32,000 nucleotides of DNA from Candidatus Altimarinota bacterium (lineage in GTDB: Bacteria > Patescibacteriota > Gracilibacteria > UBA1369): the NCBI GenBank assembly GCA_041659405.1, contig JBAZYK010000004.1:1-32000 (forward strand), in the 5' to 3' direction. Below are positions 8,261 to 17,531 of this stretch, one piece after another (positions within the stretch are counted from its first letter, which is position 1; every line of letters starts with the position of its first letter). The translations under genes were made by a program, and so were the position numbers. The notes under the pieces were generated by a model. The model was not told the DNA's origin. It made no database searches and worked only from the letters and a program-made list of their open reading frames with translations.

Positions 8261-8434
8261 AACGCGAGCCGAAGGCCTGCTTATAAAGTAAAGTGAGCGA
8301 GCTTGCGACAAACAAGTTCGCAATAACCAGCGCCATCTTAACACAAAATTTTTTAATGAAAAATTTAAATTTCGTTAATGTCGATTTGTGATAATTACCA
8401 AGCAGCCCTTTACAGGAATAAATCCAGGCCATAC

Positions 8435-8461
8435 AATATTAATGCAAAAAGTATTAATATT
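8435..8461. promoter_or_regulatory. Inverted repeat AATATTAAT-N9-ATTAATATT, candidate operator of the toxin-antitoxin pair
   Basis: Perfect 9-bp arms at 8435-8443 and 8453-8461, just upstream of ATG 8475. Confidence 0.5.
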
Positions 8462-8474
8462 TAATGATAAATGT

Positions 8475-8687
8475 ATGACGTTGCTTCAACTCAAAATCGA
8501 TGAAAAATTAAAAAAGGCTATCCAGAAAAAGGCCGATTTGTATGGAGTTCCAGCCAGTTCTTTAATCAGGATCGTTCTTGTAAAATCATTCATTGAACAA
8601 CAAAATGGCCCCGGCAACGTTTTTAATGCCGATCGCGATAGTGCAGGGAAAGGGCTAAAGATTGATGATCTGATGGCCAAACTTTAA
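8475..8687 (+). CDS. RelB/DinJ-like antitoxin
   Basis: MTLLQLKIDEKLKKAIQKKADLYGVPASSLIRIVLVKSFIE (ribbon-helix-helix pattern); track ORF begins at 8388, internal ATG 8475 preferred. Confidence 0.6.
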   Translation: MTLLQLKIDEKLKKAIQKKADLYGVPASSLIRIVLVKSFIEQQNGPGNVFNADRDSAGKGLKIDDLMAKL

Positions 8688-8696
8688 TCCAAAAAC

Positions 8697-8933
8697 ATGA
8701 CCGATAAAATCGAAAAATTTACAAAAAGCCTGGATGAAAAGACCAAAAAGAGACTGAAACAAAAGCTTCAGGCAATAAAAAAAGATCCCTATAATCAAAA
8801 AGATGTTAAAAAACTCCAAGGATTAGGCAAAGATATTTTTCGATTCAGAATGGGAAAAATCAGGATTATTTACCAAATAATCGATCAGGAGGTGATAATT
8901 CTCGATATTGATTACCGCGGGAATATTTATTGA
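8697..8933 (+). CDS. RelE/ParE-family toxin
   Basis: KKLQGLGKDIFRFRMGKIRIIYQIIDQEVIILDIDYRGNIY is RelE/ParE-like; 9-nt gap after the antitoxin. Confidence 0.75.
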   Translation: MTDKIEKFTKSLDEKTKKRLKQKLQAIKKDPYNQKDVKKLQGLGKDIFRFRMGKIRIIYQIIDQEVIILDIDYRGNIY

Positions 8934-10486
8934 GCTTTTTTTTCAGAAATATCTCGCTCCGCAAATTCCGTGTGTAAGGCTTTAAGCAGCTTATCCGCAT
9001 CTTCTTCCCGCACGATCAAAGTTTCATTTCGGTCCGAGTGGCCACTGGTAAAATCGATACTAACGCCGGCATCTTTTGCAACCGTGGTAATGCGCGATAA
9101 AAGCCCAACTATATTTTCCATATTTCTTCCGACCAAACAAATCAAAGCGCGATTCGACTTTTTATTAACCTTCGTAAATTTTGGTAAAGTTTCTCCTTCA
9201 TCGGTTTCATAGGTTAAGCTTTGCAGTTTTTGCATTAATTTATGTACCATTTCCTGATTAACACCAACACTAAAAGAAATCGAATTTTCAGATGTAGTGG
9301 TCGCATCCGAAGAAATCCCAAGCTCATCCAAAATTGTAAAAATTTCTTTATTAATGCCCGGACGATCATCAAAATCCCATTCAACGGTAATCATGGTTTG
9401 CCCCGATTTTTTGGCGATGAAAAGAACACCTTCTTCTAATTCTTCGCCTGGTTGCGGCTCCGCAATCAGTGTTCCCTGACTATCCAAATTATTGATATCC
9501 ATAACTCGAACAGAAACCTTTTTGCCGGCCAAAATCGGAGCAACAAGTTCATGCACGGCTTTCATTCCTCCCAATGTTGCAAGTTCACGCGCCTCGCTTG
9601 GCAGGACTCTATTTCTTGGTTTGGCCTTATTGCCGACAATACTCGGGTCCGCCGACATCAACGCTTCCACTTCTTTAATAATTTGTAATTGAATATCTTC
9701 AGGATTCAAGCCAAGTGCCAATAGTGCTCTTATTGCAAGTGCAGCTTGTGCATCGGTATATCCTCGCCCAAATTTTTTGAGTAGTCCACCTTCCACATAA
9801 CCGGAATAACCCGGAACAATTGGTGTATACCCAGCCGCCAATGTTTCTTGAATTGCTTCAGCCAATTTCGGAGTAATTAATTTACAAACATCACCTCTTT
9901 TCGGCAGTTTATCCGGATTCAAATTTTCTGGAATCACAAAAAAATCAGCAGAATCTACAACACGATATTTTCGCACGGAGTGACCATTTTTACCGCTAGC
10001 AGTGCGAGCAGCGACATTGGCAACTTCACTCAGAACATGCGCAGAGAAAACTTCTCCAAGGGCCATAATTCTATCTTCAAGCATCAATTTTTCTCCGGGA
10101 CTTAATTTTGGCTTACGCATAATCGCCAAAATTTCAGCCAAGGTACTATGATTCAAACCATCTAAAACCAATTCAAGATTATTTGTAATGTAACCCTCTG
10201 GTAGATATTTTCTAGCCATCGCCAAAGCATAATCAAGATTTGGTTCGGTGAATTCTTCAAAATCATCCACACCAAAATCAGGGCTGCCCTCTGCTTCCAA
10301 AATCTCATTAACTCTGCCTTTAATACCCTTCTTTTCATTTCCAATAAGATCATCAGTTTGGCCACTGAAAGCCGAAACTACCACAACCTGTTCTATTTCT
10401 GGATCATCCTGGTTAAGAGCCTGAGTAACCAGATCCATTCGGTCCATAGGTTTGCCTCCAAATTTTTTAACTACAGCTTTCAGCAT
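8927..10486 (-). CDS. Aspartate kinase (divergent N-terminal motif)
   Basis: KFGGKP, GEVFSAHVL, DSADFFV, PIVPGYSG...GRGYTDAQAALAIRAL, KEVEALMSADPSIV, ELATLGGMKAVHE, C-terminal ACT-like region. Confidence 0.85.
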   Translation of the reverse strand: MLKAVVKKFGGKPMDRMDLVTQALNQDDPEIEQVVVVSAFSGQTDDLIGNEKKGIKGRVNEILEAEGSPDFGVDDFEEFTEPNLDYALAMARKYLPEGYITNNLELVLDGLNHSTLAEILAIMRKPKLSPGEKLMLEDRIMALGEVFSAHVLSEVANVAARTASGKNGHSVRKYRVVDSADFFVIPENLNPDKLPKRGDVCKLITPKLAEAIQETLAAGYTPIVPGYSGYVEGGLLKKFGRGYTDAQAALAIRALLALGLNPEDIQLQIIKEVEALMSADPSIVGNKAKPRNRVLPSEARELATLGGMKAVHELVAPILAGKKVSVRVMDINNLDSQGTLIAEPQPGEELEEGVLFIAKKSGQTMITVEWDFDDRPGINKEIFTILDELGISSDATTTSENSISFSVGVNQEMVHKLMQKLQSLTYETDEGETLPKFTKVNKKSNRALICLVGRNMENIVGLLSRITTVAKDAGVSIDFTSGHSDRNETLIVREEDADKLLKALHTEFAERDISEKKAQ

Positions 10487-10555
10487 AAATAAAAATAACG
10501 AGCCACAAAGCTAGCGAAAAATGGCCAAGGAGTCAATAAATAATCTAAAGCCTAA

Positions 10556-12313
10556 CTACTTAATCCTCTGCACCGCCGTAATCATTTTTGGATTTGGATC
10601 GATAATATTTCCATGCAGATCGCTGATATTTTTAAGGGTGACACCATAACGCTCTTCCGGCTGCGCAGTCATGCCCTTAACAAAAAGCTTTACGCCTTTG
10701 CCACTGTGTTCAATGTGGTCGATTTGGAGCTGATCGGTAACTTCGGAATGAGTCAGATTTAAGTCAGCTACCTGATAATTTAGCGGATCTTCTGTGGATG
10801 AATTCGAAACATTTGCATTGAATTCAATATCAATTCTGCCAAGTTGATCAAGCCCCTGATATATAATTCGTGGCGGAGTTTTATCCGTCGAAATATTCAA
10901 ATTTAAATCAACATCATTATCCAATTCTTGTTGATAGGTGCCGATATTTTCTTTCTGTTCAAACTGGCTGCCGTTAACCAAAAATCCCTGAGGCGCCTGA
11001 ACCAGCACAGTGTAATAATCTTCCTGCGCACCGGACTGTTTTGGAATATAAAGATGATAATTTTTATCAACTTTTGCCGGCAAAGAATATTGATAACGAA
11101 GCTCGGTATCCTCACCCGGCTGCAGTTTTATAATGTTCCCAAAAATATGAAAAAGTCCCTGATCTTCCTCGTGCAGGCTGTTTTTATAATCGGCTGAAAC
11201 TGCTAAAAGTTTGGCACCCTTTGGAACAAAAGTACGAATATAACCGGTATAAGACCCATTTAAAGGCACATTCTCAACTCCATAATGATAAATATTAATG
11301 CGCACATCAGAAACCAGATCAAAAGTTCCTTCACTATTTTCTTTCATGGTCACGTTATAGGTAACTTTTCTTTGAATATATCTATCCGATTTCATGCCAC
11401 CCAGATTTGCCTCATTTACAGCCAAAAAATCGGTATTGATCTGATCCGGCCAATTGCCGCCCCAGTCCTGTTCCTGCACCATTTTTTCTAAATTCGGACT
11501 ATTAAAATAAAGCTGAATTTCTTTGGTGGCCAAGCTGTGGACAATGGTATCGGCCACACGACGAAGCTTAAATGGACTGAAAGCAATCTTCTTAATTAGC
11601 GCATCAGCAAAAGGTTTCAGAATTGATTTGCGATTTTTGAGTTGGTCAACATTGTGCTTATCCACATTGTTAACTTGATCTTCCAGCATTTCAAAAAGCG
11701 AATTTTGACTAAACATTTTGCCATTTACGGTAACCGGACCGGTCGCGCCCAACAAATCTTCCAAAAAAGAATAATTCACGGCAATCACGCCATCCACTTG
11801 TTGATCAGGTTTTGTAATATGAAGCATACGCGTTAATTCCGCAGCAGCAGCCGGAAAATCAGGATTATAATTCGCGTCACGGAAGGTATAACCTTTGTAC
11901 CATTCATTCTGTAAAAGTTCTTTCATTGGATACGGTGGCTCAATATAAGAATGATTATCAATATCGCCATAAACATCGGACACATCCAGTTTTGTTAGTA
12001 TTCCATTTTGGAAATGGGCGATTCCATAAGCGGAAATAAAGCCGCCGCCCGGCCTAAGTTCGTGATTATTTTGAAAAACGAACAGATAATTTTTGCTGCT
12101 AAAAGGGAGTCCGGTAATTTCAGACAAGTACGGAAAAAAAATCCTCAAACTTCCCAAAACCGAAAAAATAAAAAGCAGCACAAAAAGCAAAAAAGCCGAA
12201 ACTCCCCAAAACCAGGGATGCCTGCGCGCCGAGCCATCTTTCTTCTTAAAAAAAGAACCGAAAGATGTGGCAAAAGAACTAAGACCGTTTTTAATTTTAT
12301 CCAGAAATTGCAT
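10556..12313 (-). CDS. DUF4012-domain membrane protein
   Basis: N-terminal TM, YLFVFQNNHELRPGGGFISAYGI, GDIDNHSYIEPPYPM, FRDANYNPDFPAAAAELTRM. Confidence 0.85.
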   Translation of the reverse strand: MQFLDKIKNGLSSFATSFGSFFKKKDGSARRHPWFWGVSAFLLFVLLFIFSVLGSLRIFFPYLSEITGLPFSSKNYLFVFQNNHELRPGGGFISAYGIAHFQNGILTKLDVSDVYGDIDNHSYIEPPYPMKELLQNEWYKGYTFRDANYNPDFPAAAAELTRMLHITKPDQQVDGVIAVNYSFLEDLLGATGPVTVNGKMFSQNSLFEMLEDQVNNVDKHNVDQLKNRKSILKPFADALIKKIAFSPFKLRRVADTIVHSLATKEIQLYFNSPNLEKMVQEQDWGGNWPDQINTDFLAVNEANLGGMKSDRYIQRKVTYNVTMKENSEGTFDLVSDVRINIYHYGVENVPLNGSYTGYIRTFVPKGAKLLAVSADYKNSLHEEDQGLFHIFGNIIKLQPGEDTELRYQYSLPAKVDKNYHLYIPKQSGAQEDYYTVLVQAPQGFLVNGSQFEQKENIGTYQQELDNDVDLNLNISTDKTPPRIIYQGLDQLGRIDIEFNANVSNSSTEDPLNYQVADLNLTHSEVTDQLQIDHIEHSGKGVKLFVKGMTAQPEERYGVTLKNISDLHGNIIDPNPKMITAVQRIK

Positions 12314-12337
12314 AAAAATTCCAAAAATTACTAATTT

Positions 12338-14056
12338 CTAATTAGTATCCGGCCTCATCAACGGAAACAACACCGTATCTTTCAAGTTGTCCTGATTTGT
12401 AATTAAAGCCATAAAACGGTCTATGCCCATTCCCCAGCCGGACATTGGCGGCATGCCGTGTTCCATCGCCATAATAAAATCTTCATCCATTGGCATGGCT
12501 TCTTCATCGCCCGCGGCCTTCGCATCGGCCTGGCGCATCAATCTTTCGCGCTGATCAACCGGATCAATCAACTCCGAATACGCATTCACAATTTCCCACG
12601 AGTTCACGAGTAGCTGAAAAGTGTCAGCAATTCGCGGATCCTGGTCATTTCGGCGAGCCAAAGGCTTAGTATCAACCGGATGTTTAATCACAAACGCCGG
12701 TTGAATTAAACTTGGACGGGAAACTTTTTTATAAAGCGCATCGCACAAATTGCCATAACCCATAGTTTCGGCCTTCTCTATGATGATTTTTTTGCGCTTG
12801 GTTTCTGCGCGCAAAGCATCGGCGTCGCCATAAAAATCCAGAATATTAATACCGCTGTCTTTCTTGATCAGCTCGGCAAAATTTAGACGTGGCCAAGGCT
12901 TTTTGCTGAAAGAAATAATCTGATCTTTTCCTTCATGATCTTTGCAAGTTATCTGGTAAGCGTCAGCCGTTTTTACGATTTTATCAGAGGTCATTTTTTC
13001 TAACGCATTCAAAATTAATTCCTGAGTGAAATTCATATTGTCCTCGTAGTTCCAGTAACTTCCATAGTATTCCAGCATCGTAAATTCCTGCAGATGTGAA
13101 GGGTCCATGCCTTCATTGCGGAAACATTTTGCAAATTCATACACTCGCTCAAAACCGCCAACCACTGCGCGTTTTAAGTAAGTTTCCGGCGCAATTCTTA
13201 AATACAAATCAATATCCAGCGCATGATGATGTGTAGTAAATGGCTTTGCCGCAGCCCCGGAAGGAATCGATGTCAAAATTGGCGTTTCAATTTCAATAAA
13301 ATTATGACTATCCAGAAATTTGCGAATCTCGGTAATCAGGCGTGTGCGCAACAAAAATCGGTCATACGTTTCCCGGTCGGTCAACATATCCAAATAACGT
13401 TTGCGATATTTAAGTTCGGTATCCGCAATCCCATGGAATTTTTCCGGCAGCGGACGCAGTGTTTTTGAAAGCAGTTGATATGATTGCACCAGCAAAGTTA
13501 ATTCGCCGTGCTTAGTCATAAAAAGCTCACCGGTAACACCAATAAAATCACCAACATCAATTTTGCGCAGCAGTTTATAAGCTTCCGGTGGGGCGATTTT
13601 TTTAGCTTCAGTCCGACCAGCGTCGCCCTTTTTGGCTCCACCGTCTGCGCCCTCCATATCCACAAAATCCTGCATAAACGCAATTTGCATTTTGCCGCTA
13701 AGGTCCTGCAGATGAGCAAAAGTCAGCTTGCCATGTGGACGCATCAGCATCACACGACCCGCCATACGCACCTTTGAATTTGGCTTAGCAACGATTTCTT
13801 CCACCGCTCTTAAGGTTTCACCCTCGGCTTCCTTTTTAATTTCATCAACCAGGTGAGTTCGCTCAAAACGTTCAGCATAAGGCAAAATTTTCAGATCTCT
13901 CAATTCCTGGAGCTTCTTTTTGCGCTCTTCAAACTCATCCGTTGGAGTTAGAATAGGCTCATTTTGCTTAGGAGCCTGCTGCTTATTAGCGCTCTGGCCA
14001 GCCTTCTGTTGGTGTTTCATCTGTTCCGTGTCGGTATTTTTTTTAATTGGTTCCAT
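12338..14056 (-). CDS. lysS: Lysyl-tRNA synthetase, class II
   Basis: RYLDMLTD, FLDSHNFIEIETPIL, AAAKPFTTHHHALDIDLYLRIAPE, FRNEGMDPSHLQEFTMLE, GWGMGIDRFMALIT. Confidence 0.95.
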   Translation of the reverse strand: MEPIKKNTDTEQMKHQQKAGQSANKQQAPKQNEPILTPTDEFEERKKKLQELRDLKILPYAERFERTHLVDEIKKEAEGETLRAVEEIVAKPNSKVRMAGRVMLMRPHGKLTFAHLQDLSGKMQIAFMQDFVDMEGADGGAKKGDAGRTEAKKIAPPEAYKLLRKIDVGDFIGVTGELFMTKHGELTLLVQSYQLLSKTLRPLPEKFHGIADTELKYRKRYLDMLTDRETYDRFLLRTRLITEIRKFLDSHNFIEIETPILTSIPSGAAAKPFTTHHHALDIDLYLRIAPETYLKRAVVGGFERVYEFAKCFRNEGMDPSHLQEFTMLEYYGSYWNYEDNMNFTQELILNALEKMTSDKIVKTADAYQITCKDHEGKDQIISFSKKPWPRLNFAELIKKDSGINILDFYGDADALRAETKRKKIIIEKAETMGYGNLCDALYKKVSRPSLIQPAFVIKHPVDTKPLARRNDQDPRIADTFQLLVNSWEIVNAYSELIDPVDQRERLMRQADAKAAGDEEAMPMDEDFIMAMEHGMPPMSGWGMGIDRFMALITNQDNLKDTVLFPLMRPDTN

Positions 14057-14148
14057 ATAAAAAATCAGAGATAAAGCTTCAACACTTTAGCACAATGCAT
14101 AGTCGTTTAAAATGTCGTTTATATGTCGCTAAACGGTGCAGTCGCCCC

Positions 14149-15519
14149 CTACTCCATCGAAGCGTAATCATCCATTTTTCGACTCTTTTCCACGCTGATA
14201 AAGCGCATCTGTTCCTTCTTGAAGGCCAGTTCAATATGGCCGATTGGGCCATTTCTGTGTTTGCGGATGTAAATATCGGTAATTCCCTTTCTGTCGGTAT
14301 CTTCCTCATAATAATCCTCACGATAAATCATCATAACCACATCGGCATCCTGTTCAATCGCACCGGATTCACGCAAATCGGAAAGCTGCGGAATTTTGCT
14401 TGGTCTAAGTTCAACCGCACGACTAAGCTGTGACAAAGCCAAAATTGGGATTCTAAGTTCACGCGCCAAACCCTTCAGCGCACGTGAAATTTCCGAAATT
14501 TCCTGCACGCGGTTGGTTTGGAACGAAGACGCTTTTCCCGCACTCATCAGCTGTAAATAATCAATTACTAAAAAGTCCAAACCGTGTTCCATCTGAAGCC
14601 TTCTGGCCTTGGCCCTAAGCTCGGCAATTGAATTTCCAACCGAATCATCAATATAAATCTTCATCGCGTAAAGCTCGTCCATAACGCCACCAATACGCAT
14701 AAAGTCAGCCTCAGTCAGTTTTCCTGTGCGCAATTTCCAGGAATCAACCGCCAAAAGTGAGCAGAACATGCGCTCAACCAATTGTTCTTTGGACATTTCA
14801 AGTGAAATTATACCACAGCAATAACCTTTCTTGGCGATGTTTTGGGCGATATTCAAAGCAAAAGCGGTCTTACCCATGGAAGGACGCGCCGCCAATATAA
14901 CCAGATCCGCAGGTTGGAAACCGGACAAAAGGTTATCAAGATCGCGATATCCCGTTGGAATTCCACGATATTTATCCTTCATATTCGGATCATGCAGCTC
15001 CGTAATTTTATCGTAAGTAGTGTTAAGAACGTCTTTAATATGCACAAAACGATCCTTCAAAAAAGTTTGAGAAACTCCGAATAAAGATTTTTCAGCCTCT
15101 TCCAGCAAATTTTCCAAAGCCTCGGTTTGGTTATATCCAAGCGAAGAAACCAGGTCTCCCGCTTTAATCAAACGGCGCAATGTTGCCTTTTGTTTGATGA
15201 TCATCGCGTACTGAAACACATGAGTCGCAGTCGGAACTTCATTGGTCAGGGTAGCCAAATAAGATGCTCCGCCAATTTGTTCAAGCTGTTTGCGATCTTC
15301 CAAAATACTGGTAACCGTCAAAAGATCAATCGGATTTCGGCGATCAAACAGGTCGAAAATGGCTTGAAAAACCAGTCCATGGCTTTCATGATAAAAATCC
15401 TCAGCTTTCAAAAAATCCGCAATTTTGGTAATTGCATCTTTATCTATCAGCAAACTGCCCAGCGTTGAACGCTCAGCATCAAGGCTGTGTGGCGGTACTT
15501 TAAGAAACGGCTGATCCAT
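14149..15519 (-). CDS. dnaB: Replicative DNA helicase
   Basis: PPHSLDAERSTLGSLLID, ARPSMGKTAFALN, LDFLVIDYLQLM, LSQLSRAVELR, DLRESGAIEQDADVV. Confidence 0.96.
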   Translation of the reverse strand: MDQPFLKVPPHSLDAERSTLGSLLIDKDAITKIADFLKAEDFYHESHGLVFQAIFDLFDRRNPIDLLTVTSILEDRKQLEQIGGASYLATLTNEVPTATHVFQYAMIIKQKATLRRLIKAGDLVSSLGYNQTEALENLLEEAEKSLFGVSQTFLKDRFVHIKDVLNTTYDKITELHDPNMKDKYRGIPTGYRDLDNLLSGFQPADLVILAARPSMGKTAFALNIAQNIAKKGYCCGIISLEMSKEQLVERMFCSLLAVDSWKLRTGKLTEADFMRIGGVMDELYAMKIYIDDSVGNSIAELRAKARRLQMEHGLDFLVIDYLQLMSAGKASSFQTNRVQEISEISRALKGLARELRIPILALSQLSRAVELRPSKIPQLSDLRESGAIEQDADVVMMIYREDYYEEDTDRKGITDIYIRKHRNGPIGHIELAFKKEQMRFISVEKSRKMDDYASME

Positions 15520-15697
15520 GTGAACAGATATAAACGGATGATTCTTCGACTATGCACGAAGCACCAGCTCCACTGACCAAATCGAAAGGACCATTTGGAA
15601 TGCTAGTGTACACATTTTAAGAATTTTTTAAAACTTTTTTAACACCCGCGTGCTATGGTTGCTTTAACTCTTATATAAGCCATTACAAATCTTGCAA

Positions 15698-16126
15698 ATG
15701 AGTGAAAAAGGCATGTTTCAAAATTCCTATCAAGTCAAAAATAAAAAACTCGGACAGTGGGGTGAACAAGTTGCGTGCCAATTTCTGCTAAAGAAAGGCT
15801 ATAACCTGGTCGCCAAAAATTATCACATTTTTGGTGGAGAGTTGGATATTATCGTCCAAAAAAATGGTATACTAACGTTCGTGGAAGTAAAAACCCGCAG
15901 CACTCAAACTTTTGGAACAGCAGCGGAAAGCCTGAATCATCGTAAAATTCAAAAACTATATCGTGCGATTCTGATTTATCTGGAAAAAGAAGACGTCCAC
16001 CACTCGTCGACCGGGCACTACCCACTCTGGCAACTCGATTTAATTGCCATCGACATCAGTCAAAATCCCAAAACTTTCAAAAAACAGGCTACTATCAAAC
16101 ATTATAAAAATATTCTTCAACAATGA
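15698..16126 (+). CDS. YraN/UPF0102 family endonuclease-like protein
   Basis: LGQWGEQVACQFLLKKGYNLVAKNYHIFGGELDIIVQKNGILTFVEVKTRS. Track start at 15692 is TTG; ATG at 15698 preferred. Confidence 0.85.
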   Translation: MSEKGMFQNSYQVKNKKLGQWGEQVACQFLLKKGYNLVAKNYHIFGGELDIIVQKNGILTFVEVKTRSTQTFGTAAESLNHRKIQKLYRAILIYLEKEDVHHSSTGHYPLWQLDLIAIDISQNPKTFKKQATIKHYKNILQQ

Positions 16127-17526
16127 TTCCTGAAGAAAGCAAAAAAAGATTTATCATTGGATTACTCCTGACAGGGCTTGTCCTGGGGATCCTTTTTATG
16201 GTTTGGGCGGTTTTCCTGAATCGGGCAACCATTCAAATCAAGGCCAGGGCTCCTTATTTTATTACTATTCAGAATTTAAAAACCGTGCCATGTACAATGG
16301 ATGATTGTGAAACCGTTGTGGCTCCGGGTGATTATGCGGTTGTTCTTACTAAGCCCGGTTACCGCAATGAGCAGCGTCAAATCAAACTTTCTTTCCACGG
16401 GAATTATCAGGAAGAAGTTACATTTAATTTTGTTCCGGTGCTTTCCGCCCAGGCTCCGCGCCAACTTTTTGTTTTGCCTGCGACTACCCATTTTGCAAAC
16501 AACAAAGACACGGATCAAAATATTTTTAACACAAAAACTGCGGCTGTGGATTTAAATATTCAAAACAATCCTGTTCAAAATTTAACTAAACTTCCAGCCG
16601 GTATTACGGATTTAACTTTTGCGCCGGATGGCAAAACCGCAATAGTTTACGAAACCAATCGCATTTCTTTTTATGATCTGACAACCGATACCCTAACTCC
16701 TTTAATAACTCCGGCAGGCGCCAAGTTTTTTTATGATCAGGCGGGGCGATATGTGGCTTACATCAAGCGCAATGAAGGCAATTTCCTGCAGACGCTTTAT
16801 TTGCAGGCTTTGGACGAAAAAAATAATTTACAAACGGCAATTCCGGTTACTTCTTTTATTCGTGATCTGAATAATTACACTATAAGTATTTCGCCGGATC
16901 ACCAAAAAATTATTGTTGTTGATCAGGGAAGTCAAAATTCAAATTTATATTTTGTTGATCTGCAAAGCAAAAATCGCCAGAGCCTCTTACAGTATCCGGC
17001 AATTCGTGAAGTAAAATGGCTGCCCAACAGTAAGGATTTTATTTTTCAGGCACGTGCCGAAAATACTATAGATGATGGCCTTTTTCTGTACTCCGGCGAT
17101 ACGCAAAAAGTTATGACACTCATGCTTAAAACAAAACTGGCGGATGTTGCCATTGTTAATGATGATCGTATTTTAGCCGCTACAGTTCAACAAATTCCGG
17201 GGTCAAATGAATTGGCGAAAATCGAAGGAAATCCGGTGGCGCTCGGCGATAATTTGAATGTGTTGGATAAAGTTCAATCCACCGCGCAGGGCGTGCCTGG
17301 TTCTACCGCAAGCGGGGCGGGCATCATAAACAATCCAAATAGTCCGACCTCGGACATTCAACAAATGTTGTCATTCGTGGATTTTTCACTTCAAAATAAT
17401 GAAGCTGTTTTGCTTAAAGGTCAGCCCGGCGGAACTCTGCCCAATGCCATTAATTTAAGCCCGGATGGCAAGACTTTGTGGATACTTTCAGGTGATCAAA
17501 TTTCCGGTTTGCGCTTAGCTGAATAA
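16123..17526 (+). CDS. TM-anchored protein with PEGA-like domain and WD40/TolB-like repeats
   Basis: Single N-terminal TM, PGDYAVVLTKPGYRNEQRQIKL, then propeller-like repeats (FAPDGKTAIVYE, ISPDHQKIIVVD, LSPDGKTLWIL). ATGA overlap with the upstream gene. Confidence 0.7.
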   Translation: MIPEESKKRFIIGLLLTGLVLGILFMVWAVFLNRATIQIKARAPYFITIQNLKTVPCTMDDCETVVAPGDYAVVLTKPGYRNEQRQIKLSFHGNYQEEVTFNFVPVLSAQAPRQLFVLPATTHFANNKDTDQNIFNTKTAAVDLNIQNNPVQNLTKLPAGITDLTFAPDGKTAIVYETNRISFYDLTTDTLTPLITPAGAKFFYDQAGRYVAYIKRNEGNFLQTLYLQALDEKNNLQTAIPVTSFIRDLNNYTISISPDHQKIIVVDQGSQNSNLYFVDLQSKNRQSLLQYPAIREVKWLPNSKDFIFQARAENTIDDGLFLYSGDTQKVMTLMLKTKLADVAIVNDDRILAATVQQIPGSNELAKIEGNPVALGDNLNVLDKVQSTAQGVPGSTASGAGIINNPNSPTSDIQQMLSFVDFSLQNNEAVLLKGQPGGTLPNAINLSPDGKTLWILSGDQISGLRLAE

Positions 17527-17531
17527 TTCAC

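Noticed and set aside
8260-8344. N-terminal extension MLRWRWLLRTCLSQARSLYFISRPSARV of guaA
   Set aside because: GMP synthases start directly at the MDKIAVLDFGGQ-type sequence; the upstream codons look like untranslated leader.
9242-9692. Track ORFs on the plus strand within aspartate kinase
   Set aside because: Antisense to a long conserved kinase ORF; no motifs.
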